From assembly GCA_041737595.1 (NCBI GenBank), contig JBGSRK010000010.1, positions 117,375 to 181,374 on the forward strand: 64,000 nt of DNA, written 5' to 3'. This document shows, in pieces, positions 43,425 to 51,768 of this stretch (positions are counted from its first letter, which is position 1; each line of letters begins with the position of its first letter). The stretch comes from Patescibacteria group bacterium (GTDB lineage Bacteria; Patescibacteriota; CPR2; UBA1875). A program made the position numbers and the translations under genes. The notes beneath the pieces are model-generated. The model saw only the letters and a program-made list of their open reading frames with translations, made no database searches and was not told where the DNA came from.

Positions 43425-43427
43425 CTC

Positions 43428-43646
43428 CTATGCGGTTTCGTTTGATCTACGAATCAAATCTAGTATATCATGGGCATCTTTTTCGGGTAAAATTGAAATA
43501 CCAATTTCCCCGTGTGCCATTATCCAGTCTCCTACTTTTGCCTTTGGGATTAATTGTAATGAAACATTAAAGGTTTTACTATCATGTTCAACAGTAGCTA
43601 TTTCTTTATCTATTTTTTTTATTTGTATCGGGGTTGCAAGGCACAT
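43428..43646 (-). CDS. hypC: Hydrogenase maturation factor HypC/HupF
   Basis: 72 aa with the N-terminal MCLATP signature (MC[LI][AG][IV]P). Confidence 0.8.
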   Translation of the reverse strand: MCLATPIQIKKIDKEIATVEHDSKTFNVSLQLIPKAKVGDWIMAHGEIGISILPEKDAHDILDLIRRSNETA

Positions 43647-43660
43647 ATATTCCTTTTATT

Positions 43661-43736
43661 TGGTGGGCCCGGTAGGATTCGAACCTACGACCAATCAGTT
43701 ATGAGCCGACTGCTCTAACCACTGAGCTACGGGCCC
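43661..43736 (-). tRNA. tRNA-Met (anticodon CAU; elongator Met or Ile2-type)
   Basis: Reverse complement GGGCCCGTAGCTCAGTGGTTAGAGCAGTCGGCTCATAACTGATTGGTCGTAGGTTCGAATCCTACCGGGCCCACCA. The acceptor stem is fully paired. Confidence 0.8.
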
Positions 43737-43787
43737 GCGATTTTTAGATTTTAACTTATTTTGTGCTTATTTTCAATAATTTATTGA

Positions 43788-44231
43788 TTATTTATTTACA
43801 ACAATGTGTCTATTATAACCTTCTCCATAGCTCTCAGACTTGTACCCAGATTCAGTTAAAAAGCTATGAGCAATTCTTCGTTCATATGAACTCATCGGTG
43901 GTAACTCCTGTGATTTGCCTGTTTTCTCAAGTAATGTAATTGCTTTCCCGGCCATATCTTTAATTCTGTCTTCTTTTCGTGCCAAGTAACCCGCAACATC
44001 AACTGATATTATTAAATCTTGTCCAAGCTCTTTTTTTAATACAATAGAAAGAATATGTCTTAATGATCTTAAATTATCACCATGAAATCCTATTAACAAA
44101 GGAGAGTCTTCTCCTTCTATTTCAATTTTTAAATATTCCTCAACTGTAAATACTTTAGAAACAGCTTTTACATCAAGCTTATCTAAAAAATCATTAACAA
44201 TTTCTTGGGCTTTATTTTCTTTTTTTACCAT
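43788..44231 (-). CDS. jag: Jag/KhpB-like RNA-binding protein (R3H domain)
   Basis: 147 aa with a C-terminal R3H-like ERRIAHSFLTESGYKSESYGEG. It sits in the conserved position after yidC. Confidence 0.65.
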   Translation of the reverse strand: MVKKENKAQEIVNDFLDKLDVKAVSKVFTVEEYLKIEIEGEDSPLLIGFHGDNLRSLRHILSIVLKKELGQDLIISVDVAGYLARKEDRIKDMAGKAITLLEKTGKSQELPPMSSYERRIAHSFLTESGYKSESYGEGYNRHIVVNK

Positions 44232-44997
44232 TTTTATTCTCTTCTAGTGTTTCTACTTCTTTATTCATTATTAAATATTGCTGGCCCACTGCAAACAAAG
44301 TTGAAGTTGCCCAATAAAGTGCTAGTGCGCCCGGTAATATATATGCAAACCAAACTGTCATAAGTGGCATAAGATAGGTCATTTGTGACGTAATAGCACT
44401 AGCTTTATCATTTTCTTGTTTCTTTGGCATTAACATTTTTGATTGTATAAATTGTAATACACCTGCAAGAGCACCTAAAAAGAGATTAACAGGGGCCTTA
44501 ACTGCAGCCAAATCTAGTAACCCAAACATTGAGGTGTTTAGTGTTGTAATTGAATTAGTAAAATTAGTAACTAAGCTTGTGTTTTTTAAAAAGGGATAGA
44601 TTTGGGTCATTATTCCTGAGTCAGCTGAAATTTTAATAAATTCAGGATCTACAAATTTTCTAAAAACTGCAAAAAGTGCGAACAAAAAAGGAAGCTGTAT
44701 TAGGGTTGTTAAACAAGAAGAAAAAGGGTTAACCTCTTTTTCTTTATATAATTCCATTACTGCGGCATTTAATTTTTGTGAATCTCCTTTATATTTTTCT
44801 TTAAGCTTGTTCATTTCAGGTTGAATTGCAGTTATTGCTCTTTGAGAATGAAGTTGTTTAGAAACAATGGGCCAAAGTACAATTCTGACAAGAATTGTAA
44901 TTAATATTACTGCGACCCCAAAATCGTGGCCAGGAACAACTGACGAAAAGAAAAACAGTATATTTAGAAGTGGTTTTACAAAAATTGTATCAAACAT
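44212..44997 (-). CDS. yidC: Membrane protein insertase YidC/Oxa1 (short form)
   Basis: 261 aa and polytopic, in the rnpA-yidD-yidC synteny. Confidence 0.8.
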   Translation of the reverse strand: MFDTIFVKPLLNILFFFSSVVPGHDFGVAVILITILVRIVLWPIVSKQLHSQRAITAIQPEMNKLKEKYKGDSQKLNAAVMELYKEKEVNPFSSCLTTLIQLPFLFALFAVFRKFVDPEFIKISADSGIMTQIYPFLKNTSLVTNFTNSITTLNTSMFGLLDLAAVKAPVNLFLGALAGVLQFIQSKMLMPKKQENDKASAITSQMTYLMPLMTVWFAYILPGALALYWATSTLFAVGQQYLIMNKEVETLEENKNGKKRK

Positions 44998-45018
44998 ATC
45001 GAATCCTTTCTTTAATCT

Positions 45019-45249
45019 CTATTTAATGGGGTCAAATCCACCCTTATTCCAAGGGTTACATCTTAATAATCGCCTAAACCCCTTTGCCATACCACCCAAA
45101 CTCCCATATTTATCAATAGCATCTATAGTATATTGGCTACAAGTGGGCTGAAATCTACAAACATGCTGTACCCCACCTGAAAACCATCCATGGTCTGGGG
45201 ATAGGGTTTTTTGGTATATTTTTATAATATAAATTAATATTTTTTTCAT
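45019..45249 (-). CDS. yidD: Membrane protein insertion efficiency factor YidD
   Basis: 76 aa with ...QPTCSQYTIDAIDKYG...GFRRLLRCNPWNKGGFDP. Confidence 0.8.
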   Translation of the reverse strand: MKKILIYIIKIYQKTLSPDHGWFSGGVQHVCRFQPTCSQYTIDAIDKYGSLGGMAKGFRRLLRCNPWNKGGFDPIK

Positions 45250-45250
45250 T

Positions 45251-45583
45251 TTATTTAATATTTTTAATACCTTCTATTATGGTTCTTTCTATTTCGGCAA
45301 AATCCACAATTTTTGACTTTTCCTTAATAACTATAATAACATCAAAACCGGTTGGTATATCAAGATATATTTTTCTAATAATTTCTCTGTATTTTCTTTT
45401 AATACTGTTTCTTTCTGTTGCTTTTGTTGATATTTTTTTACCAACAACAACCCCAACGCGCGTATTTCTGGTTTTGTTTATAAGCCAATTTAAAGAAAAT
45501 AGAGGCGCCGAAAAAAAGGATCCTTTTTGATAGACCCTTTTGAAATCACGACCATTTACTAGTCTTTGGTGTTTTGGAAGCAT
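45251..45583 (-). CDS. rnpA: RNase P protein component
   Basis: 110 aa with [21 protein letters not shown]..., and a start overlapping the rpmH stop (TAATG). Confidence 0.8.
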   Translation of the reverse strand: MLPKHQRLVNGRDFKRVYQKGSFFSAPLFSLNWLINKTRNTRVGVVVGKKISTKATERNSIKRKYREIIRKIYLDIPTGFDVIIVIKEKSKIVDFAEIERTIIEGIKNIK

Positions 45584-45729
45584 TAAACCCCCGCTTTAGG
45601 CGTGAGCTTTTTTCTTCCTTTTAATCTACGAGCGGCTATTACGTTGCGCCCACCCTTTGTTGCCATACGAACAAGGAAGCCATGTACTTTACCAACTCTT
45701 GCTTTTTTGGGTTGAAATGTTCTTTTCAT
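45583..45729 (-). CDS. rpmH: 50S ribosomal protein L34
   Basis: Not in the ORF table (48 aa). Own translation: [48 protein letters not shown]. Confidence 0.85.
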   Translation of the reverse strand: MKRTFQPKKARVGKVHGFLVRMATKGGRNVIAARRLKGRKKLTPKAGV

Positions 45730-45803
45730 GTGACCTATATTAACTTAAATTTAACAATATTTCAAGTACACTTAACGGCAGATTAGTGTATATTTATTTA
45801 TAC

Positions 45804-45841
45804 TGTGGAAAATCGATCTTAAAAAATACTCTTGTGGAAAA
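45804..45841. promoter_or_regulatory. Two DnaA-box-like sites (TGTGGAAAA) upstream of dnaA
   Basis: tgtggaaaa at about 45804..45812 and 45833..45841, in the rpmH-dnaA divergent intergenic region. Confidence 0.6.
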
Positions 45842-45888
45842 CTATTTATTTGCTCTATAATAGTACTACTAAAGTATAGGGCTTTTAT

Positions 45889-47238
45889 ATGGTAGATAAA
45901 TCCAGCGCATGGCAGGCTGTATTAGGGGAACTGGAGGTCGGCTTATCGCGGGCTAATTTTACGACGTGGTTTAAAAACACCAGCCTTTCTGATTATCAAG
46001 ATGGTATTGTAATAGTTTCTGTTCCAAATATTTTTACCAAAGAATGGCTTGAGAACAAATACCATAAACAAATAGCGGATGCCCTTAGAAAGATTATTCC
46101 AGAAATTAAATCTGTAACATATCAAGTTGGCGGAAATATTGTAAAAAGTGAATCTATCACGCCTACTATCGAAGAGGTAGTAAAAATTGAAGAAAAAACC
46201 CTTCCTGAATCTTTTGGTGATCTAAACCAAAAATATACTTTTGAAAGCTTTGTCCCTGGGGATAATTCTAAGCTTGCATTTGCAGCAGCTCAATCTGTTG
46301 CAAACAATCCAGGAGAAGAATATAATCCTCTCTTTATTTATGGTGGAGTTGGTCTTGGAAAAACACATTTAATGCAAGCAATAGCACATGCCATATTAAA
46401 AAAAGATCCTAAGAAAAAAATTGAATATGTCTCGAGTGAAAAATTTACCTCTGATTTTGTTAATTCTTTAATGAATAAAAGTACAAATCGTTTTAAAGAT
46501 AAATATAGAAAAATTGATGTTTTATTAGTTGATGATTTACAGTTTTTAGGTGGTAAAGAACAAACTCAAGTTGAATTTTTTCATACGTTTAATGAATTAC
46601 ATCAAGCAAAAAAACAGATTATTTTAGCATCTGATAGACCACCAAGATCTATCCCTACTCTTGAGGATAGGTTGCGCTCTCGTTTTGAGTGGGGATTGAT
46701 TGTTGATATACAACCTCCTGATCTTGAAACAAGAATTGCAATTTTACAAAGAAAGGCACAATTAAGAGGAATAAATATTCCTTTAGAGGCCTTGGATTAT
46801 ATTGCTAAACAAATTCAAAATAATATTCGAGAATTAGAGGGTGCTTTAAATAGAATTTTTGCTTATTGTGAATTAAATAATACTCAACCTGATTTACCAA
46901 CTATTACAAACATTTTAGGAGGCTTACTTGCTGGTTCAAAAAGAAGAGGTGTGACTCCAAAACAAATTTTAGATAAAACAGCAGATTTTTATGATATAAG
47001 TATTGAAGAAATTACTGGTCCTAAAAGAGATAAAGATATCGTTTTACCACGTCAAGTTGCTATGTATTTAATGAGAGAAGAACTTCATTTATCATATCCT
47101 AAAATAGCAGCAGAGGTAGGTAAAAAAGACCATACAACAATTATGCACGGGGTTATTAAAATTGAAAAAGAAATTGATGCAAATGAAAGATTAAGACAAG
47201 AAATTGGTTTAGTTAGAGAAAGGTTATATATGAGGTAA
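45889..47238 (+). CDS. dnaA: Chromosomal replication initiator DnaA
   Basis: 449 aa with AAA+ Walker A GGVGLGKTHL, and a C-terminal DNA-binding helix VAMYLMREELHLSYPKIA...DHTTIMH. Confidence 0.95.
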   Translation: MVDKSSAWQAVLGELEVGLSRANFTTWFKNTSLSDYQDGIVIVSVPNIFTKEWLENKYHKQIADALRKIIPEIKSVTYQVGGNIVKSESITPTIEEVVKIEEKTLPESFGDLNQKYTFESFVPGDNSKLAFAAAQSVANNPGEEYNPLFIYGGVGLGKTHLMQAIAHAILKKDPKKKIEYVSSEKFTSDFVNSLMNKSTNRFKDKYRKIDVLLVDDLQFLGGKEQTQVEFFHTFNELHQAKKQIILASDRPPRSIPTLEDRLRSRFEWGLIVDIQPPDLETRIAILQRKAQLRGINIPLEALDYIAKQIQNNIRELEGALNRIFAYCELNNTQPDLPTITNILGGLLAGSKRRGVTPKQILDKTADFYDISIEEITGPKRDKDIVLPRQVAMYLMREELHLSYPKIAAEVGKKDHTTIMHGVIKIEKEIDANERLRQEIGLVRERLYMR

Positions 47239-47506
47239 TTAGTTAAAACTGTGTAAAAGTAGTTATTTTCTGTGGATAAAACCGATATACTGGGTACAAC
47301 TTATATAATATATAATATATAAAGAATATTATACACAGATAATAATTAATAAATCAGACTAAAAATCACAAGTAACACACATTATTAAAAACCAATTTTT
47401 TACTATTATATAAGGTAAAAATACACTTATAACCAATATCCACAAAGTATATAGTAATAATAATTAATTTAATAAAAGAAATATATTATTAAAAGAAGGA
47501 GATTAA
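47239..47506. other. Probable oriC: AT-rich dnaA-dnaN intergenic region with DnaA boxes
   Basis: 268 bp at more than 80% AT. It has a perfect DnaA box tgtggataa (47271..47279) and tatccacaa (47437..47445). Confidence 0.65.
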
Positions 47507-48607
47507 ATGAAAATATCTTGTTTACAAGAAAATCTAAATAAAGGGGTAACAACTGTTTCTAGGCTTGTTTCTATTAAAGGAACATTAGAAATACTTTCAC
47601 ATATTTTAATATCTACAGAGAATGGAAGATTAAAATTATCAGCTACTAATTTAGAAATGGGAATAAATTATAAAGTTGGTGCAAAAATTGAAAAAGAAGG
47701 TTCAATAACCGTACCAGCAAAACTTTTTTCTGAATTAATTTCACAATTACCATTAGGAAAAATTGATTTAGAAGAAAAAGATGAAACTTTATATGCAAAA
47801 ATTGATGGATTTAACTCTCAAATAAAAGGTTTATCTTCAGAAGAATTTCCTTTGATTCCAAAAATTAAAGAGAAAAAAATCATTTCAGTAACAGCTGGTG
47901 AACTTAAAGATGCAATCCAGATGGTTTTCTTTTCTGCTGCACCTGATGAAACAAGGCCAGTGCTTTCTGGTATTTATTTTAAAGTTGAAAAATTAAAAAT
48001 TTATTTAGCTTCTACAGATTCTTATAGATTATCTGAAAAAATAATTAATTTAAAAGAAAAAGAAACTTCTATAAAAGAAATTATTATTCCTGCAAAAACA
48101 ATGATTGAATTATCACGTGTTTTAGATGACCCTGAAAAAATAGTTAATATATATATAAATGAAACACAAATAATGTTTGAAACAGATGATTTTGAAATAA
48201 CATCAAGATTAATAGAAGGTAAATTCCCGGATTATAAACAAATTATACCGACCGGAGCAGAAACAAAAGCAGTTTTAGATAAAGATAAATTTTTAAGTGT
48301 TATAAAAGTAGCATCACTTTTTTCTAGAGATACTGCTGGTAGTATTACTTTAAATTTTTCAACAAAAGGAAAAATAGAAGTAATTGCTTCTGGTTCTCAA
48401 TATGGTGAAACAGATTCAACTTGTGATGCCGAAGTAACTGGAAAAGATTCTGACATTATATTTAATAGTAAATATATATTAGATGTCTTAAATAATTTAC
48501 CATCAGGGAATATTACACTTGAAATATCAGGTAAATTAAACCCGGGTGTACTAAAAAAAGAAGGCGACAAAGATTACACATATGTGATTATGCCTCTAAG
48601 GGCTTAA
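47507..48607 (+). CDS. dnaN: DNA polymerase III beta sliding clamp
   Basis: 366 aa with a three-domain clamp pattern (MKISCLQENLNKGV...). Strong RBS aaggagattaaATG. Confidence 0.9.
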   Translation: MKISCLQENLNKGVTTVSRLVSIKGTLEILSHILISTENGRLKLSATNLEMGINYKVGAKIEKEGSITVPAKLFSELISQLPLGKIDLEEKDETLYAKIDGFNSQIKGLSSEEFPLIPKIKEKKIISVTAGELKDAIQMVFFSAAPDETRPVLSGIYFKVEKLKIYLASTDSYRLSEKIINLKEKETSIKEIIIPAKTMIELSRVLDDPEKIVNIYINETQIMFETDDFEITSRLIEGKFPDYKQIIPTGAETKAVLDKDKFLSVIKVASLFSRDTAGSITLNFSTKGKIEVIASGSQYGETDSTCDAEVTGKDSDIIFNSKYILDVLNNLPSGNITLEISGKLNPGVLKKEGDKDYTYVIMPLRA

Positions 48608-48608
48608 A

Positions 48609-49688
48609 TTGAAAATTAAAGAAATTAAACTTACTAATTTTCGTAATTGGGAAGAAGATTCTTTTAATTTTTCTGATAGAGTTTTAATTTATGGTCCAAA
48701 TGCACAAGGGAAAACAAATATACTAGAAGCACTCTATTTAATTGCAACAACCAGTTCTTTTAGAGGCAGGGATGCAGAAGTTATTACAAAAGATAAAGAC
48801 TTTATGCGTCTTTGCGCTAAAATTGAAAAAGAAAAGGAAATAGAAGTTAGTGCGGTTTACCAAAAAATCGAAAATGGAATACAAAAAGAATTTGTAATAA
48901 ATAATAAAAAGAGGCCTTCTATAGATTTTGTTGGAGAATTTTCAGCAATTATTTTTTCACCAGAAGATATTGCCTTAATTTCTGGAACCCCGGAAATTAA
49001 AAGAAGATATCTTTCTTTTACAATAGGACAAAAGGATAGAGAATACCTTTATGATCTTTTGAATTATAAAAAAGTATTAAGACAACGGAACGATTTATTA
49101 AAACGCTGGGACATAGGAATAATAAGAGCAGAAATAGATATTTGGGATATAAAACTTGCTGAATATGGCCAAAATATAATTATAAAAAGAAAAGAATTAG
49201 AAGAATTCATTAATACAAAAATAAGTTATTATTATCGTGAAATATCCAGAGAAGATAAAGAAATAAAATTTATTTATGAACCATCACTAGAAAAAGATGA
49301 TCTACTCAAATCATTAACAGAGAATAGAGAACGGGACATAAGAGAAAAATCCACCACAAACGGTCCACACCGCGACAGCTGGACGATTACCATCAATGGA
49401 GTATCATCGGCCAAATTTGCATCTAGAGGTGAAGCCAGGACCGTTATACTGGCTCTTAAATTATGTGAAAGAGATTGGTTCTTAGAAAAAGGCGGGGATG
49501 AGCCGGTTATACTCTTGGACGATGTTTTTTCTGAGCTTGATGAAGATCGTAGAAAATATCTGGTTGATGCTTTCTTGGGTTCACAACTTATTATCACAAC
49601 AACAGACCTAGAACATTTAGATAAAGAATTTATTTCAGAAACTCAATTAATTAATATTAAAAAAGAAGAACCCTTTATTATTTCTTAA
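48609..49688 (+). CDS. recF: DNA replication and repair protein RecF
   Basis: 359 aa with Walker A GPNAQGKTNILEA, an SMC-like signature, and LLDDVFSELD. Confidence 0.9.
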   Translation: MKIKEIKLTNFRNWEEDSFNFSDRVLIYGPNAQGKTNILEALYLIATTSSFRGRDAEVITKDKDFMRLCAKIEKEKEIEVSAVYQKIENGIQKEFVINNKKRPSIDFVGEFSAIIFSPEDIALISGTPEIKRRYLSFTIGQKDREYLYDLLNYKKVLRQRNDLLKRWDIGIIRAEIDIWDIKLAEYGQNIIIKRKELEEFINTKISYYYREISREDKEIKFIYEPSLEKDDLLKSLTENRERDIREKSTTNGPHRDSWTITINGVSSAKFASRGEARTVILALKLCERDWFLEKGGDEPVILLDDVFSELDEDRRKYLVDAFLGSQLIITTTDLEHLDKEFISETQLINIKKEEPFIIS

Positions 49689-49708
49689 TAATTATATATT
49701 CTAATGTT

Positions 49709-49975
49709 ATGGGTAATTTAGGAAATATATTAAAAAACAAAATAGAAGAACTTGGAATTTCAAAACAAGTTGAAGCGGTTGATATTGTAGAGCGCGCAAC
49801 TAAAGAAATTGCAAAATTTATTCCAGCAGAAGACTTTGAAGTTGTTAGTTTTAATAAGGGAATAATAAAAATAGCAGTAAAATCATCTTCAGTAGCCAAT
49901 GAAATATTATTTTTAAAACCAAAAATTATTATTTTAAAAACTAATAAGCTTAAAATAAATCAAATAAACCATTAA
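49709..49975 (+). CDS. DUF721 (DciA-like) small protein following recF
   Basis: 88 aa. Its position after recF and its pattern (..QVEAVDIVERA...VVSFNKGIIKIAVKSSSVANEI) fit DUF721. Confidence 0.45.
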   Translation: MGNLGNILKNKIEELGISKQVEAVDIVERATKEIAKFIPAEDFEVVSFNKGIIKIAVKSSSVANEILFLKPKIIILKTNKLKINQINH

Positions 49976-50661
49976 ACTGGTACTTCACTGATAATTACAT
50001 TTTCTGGATTAGCCCCAACAGATGTGAGCCAGTCTTTTATTAGTTCATTTATTACAGAAATAGGTTTTTTGTTTGAATATTGGACCTGAATCTCGGTTGT
50101 ACCATTACGATTTTCAAATGCATGTACGATAGTAAAAAAATCTTTTTCTATTGGAATATCTTTAACAAATTCGAACCCTTCCACATAGCCTTCTTCGAAT
50201 TGGTCAGTTCTTTCTGTGTCTAACCTTTCTAGATAGGGGCTTATTTCATCTAAATTATTTAACTCTCTTGTTATAAATAATATTTCTAGACCCCTCCCCT
50301 TTATACCAGTAATACCAATCGGGAATATTAGTAATTTGTATTCCGTATTAGGAAAAAGTTTTTGGCCCTCTTTACTCTTAATTTTTAATATTTTCCCATC
50401 AGAAAAGCCAATAAGTTCATTTTTAACACCAATTTTATCTGAAAATAATTGAATATTATTAATTTGATTAGAGTTTATTTTTTTACTAAAAGTTAGATTA
50501 ATATTGGGCTCAAGTGAAACATTCTTACTCCCATTTTCTGGTTCGACAGCCACGATTTTTGGCGGAGAAATATATACAACAACTCCAACAATAATAACCC
50601 AAAACAATAAAGCCAAAACCGCTATAAGTATAAATTTATTATTTTTATAAGAATCATTCAT
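49972..50661 (-). CDS. Membrane-anchored protein with Ig-like domain (possible VirB8-like component of the adjacent T4SS module)
   Basis: 229 aa with an N-terminal TM and PKIVAVEPENGSKNVSLEPNINLTF, a bacterial Ig-like segment. The stop abuts the CHAP gene start. Confidence 0.35.
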   Translation of the reverse strand: MNDSYKNNKFILIAVLALLFWVIIVGVVVYISPPKIVAVEPENGSKNVSLEPNINLTFSKKINSNQINNIQLFSDKIGVKNELIGFSDGKILKIKSKEGQKLFPNTEYKLLIFPIGITGIKGRGLEILFITRELNNLDEISPYLERLDTERTDQFEEGYVEGFEFVKDIPIEKDFFTIVHAFENRNGTTEIQVQYSNKKPISVINELIKDWLTSVGANPENVIISEVPV

Positions 50662-51768
50662 TTAATACCTCGTTAAACTGCCGACATTTGTCCACCTGCT
50701 GCGTCCATAGTCTCTATAACTATTTTTTTCTACACATGTTCCAGAATTTCCCTCTATAGTATAAAGGGTTGTCCCAACAATTTTCCAAACAATTCCCACA
50801 TGACCCGTTCCACCGCTTCTTGGAGCATAAACAATATCTCCTGCCTGCGGGACTACAACATCTATATCATATTCATATGGCATTGATTTATAAGAAAGAA
50901 GTGCACCACAAGTTTTGGGAATATTAGAGCCAGCTTTATTATACACCCAACTGACAAAGGCAGCACACCAAGGTGCTCCACAGGCGCAACCTGCATATAA
51001 TTGATATTTACATACTGGGCCATAATTTTGTTGACTGCCAGTACCGCAAACCGGTAAATTTGCCTCTACCAGTGCAATATCAACAATCATCCCCTTTACG
51101 CCACTTGGACTGCCCGGAGTAGTTGGCGGCGCCACAACAGTTGGCGGCGCGGTTCCCCCTCCTACACCAGTCGGGACTGGACTCCCAATAAATCCAATAA
51201 TTCCCGAGACAACAAACCCGACTAAAATTAAAACAAGAATAATCGCGATAACTACTAAAATCGCCCAACCAATGGGATTACTAACTAAAAAAGCAATAGC
51301 GCCTCCACCCTCTGTTGCAGCTGTAGCTGTTTCTGCCGCTTCAACAGCAACTTCTGTTGCTTCTAGGGCTGCTTCTGCTGCTTCGGCAGCTTCTGCTATC
51401 TCACCAGCCTCACCCCCTAATTCACCAAGCTCACCAGCCTCACCTAACTCTCCTGTTTCTCCTAGTTCACCGCCCTCAGCTCCTTCACCGCCCTCAGGTC
51501 CTTCATTAGTTTCATTAGATTCAGAATTTTTTTCTTTATCATTTTCGGTTTCATTTTTTTCTTTATCTTCTTTATCTTCTTTTTTGTCTTCCTTGTTGTC
51601 CTCTTTTTCTTTTTTCTCTCTTTCGTTGTCATTGTCCCGATCATCATCATCATCTTCTTCATCATCATCATCAAATTCATCATCAAATTCATCATCCTCA
51701 AAATCATCTAAATAATCTTTATCTGGGTCAAAGTCTGGATCATAAAAATTTGGGCTAGCCTGTGCCAT
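50662..51768 (-). CDS. CHAP-domain peptidoglycan hydrolase with acidic low-complexity N-terminus and TM anchor (VirB1/PrgK-like)
   Basis: 368 aa. A D/E-rich N-terminus and (G-E-[LA]) repeats precede TM IAFLVSNPIGWAILVVIAIILVLILVGFVV. The C-terminal CHAP domain has Cys (CGAPWCAAFVSWVY) and His (GHVGIV). Confidence 0.7.
   Translation of the reverse strand: MAQASPNFYDPDFDPDKDYLDDFEDDEFDDEFDDDDEEDDDDDRDNDNEREKKEKEDNKEDKKEDKEDKEKNETENDKEKNSESNETNEGPEGGEGAEGGELGETGELGEAGELGELGGEAGEIAEAAEAAEAALEATEVAVEAAETATAATEGGGAIAFLVSNPIGWAILVVIAIILVLILVGFVVSGIIGFIGSPVPTGVGGGTAPPTVVAPPTTPGSPSGVKGMIVDIALVEANLPVCGTGSQQNYGPVCKYQLYAGCACGAPWCAAFVSWVYNKAGSNIPKTCGALLSYKSMPYEYDIDVVVPQAGDIVYAPRSGGTGHVGIVWKIVGTTLYTIEGNSGTCVEKNSYRDYGRSRWTNVGSLTRY

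Noticed and set aside
51272-51715. 147-aa Ser/Pro-rich + strand ORF, and the 81-aa Met/Lys-rich - strand ORF 51462..51707
   Set aside because: Both are alternative-frame or antisense readings of the low-complexity acidic repeat region of the CHAP gene (50662..51768). Their composition is a frame artefact.
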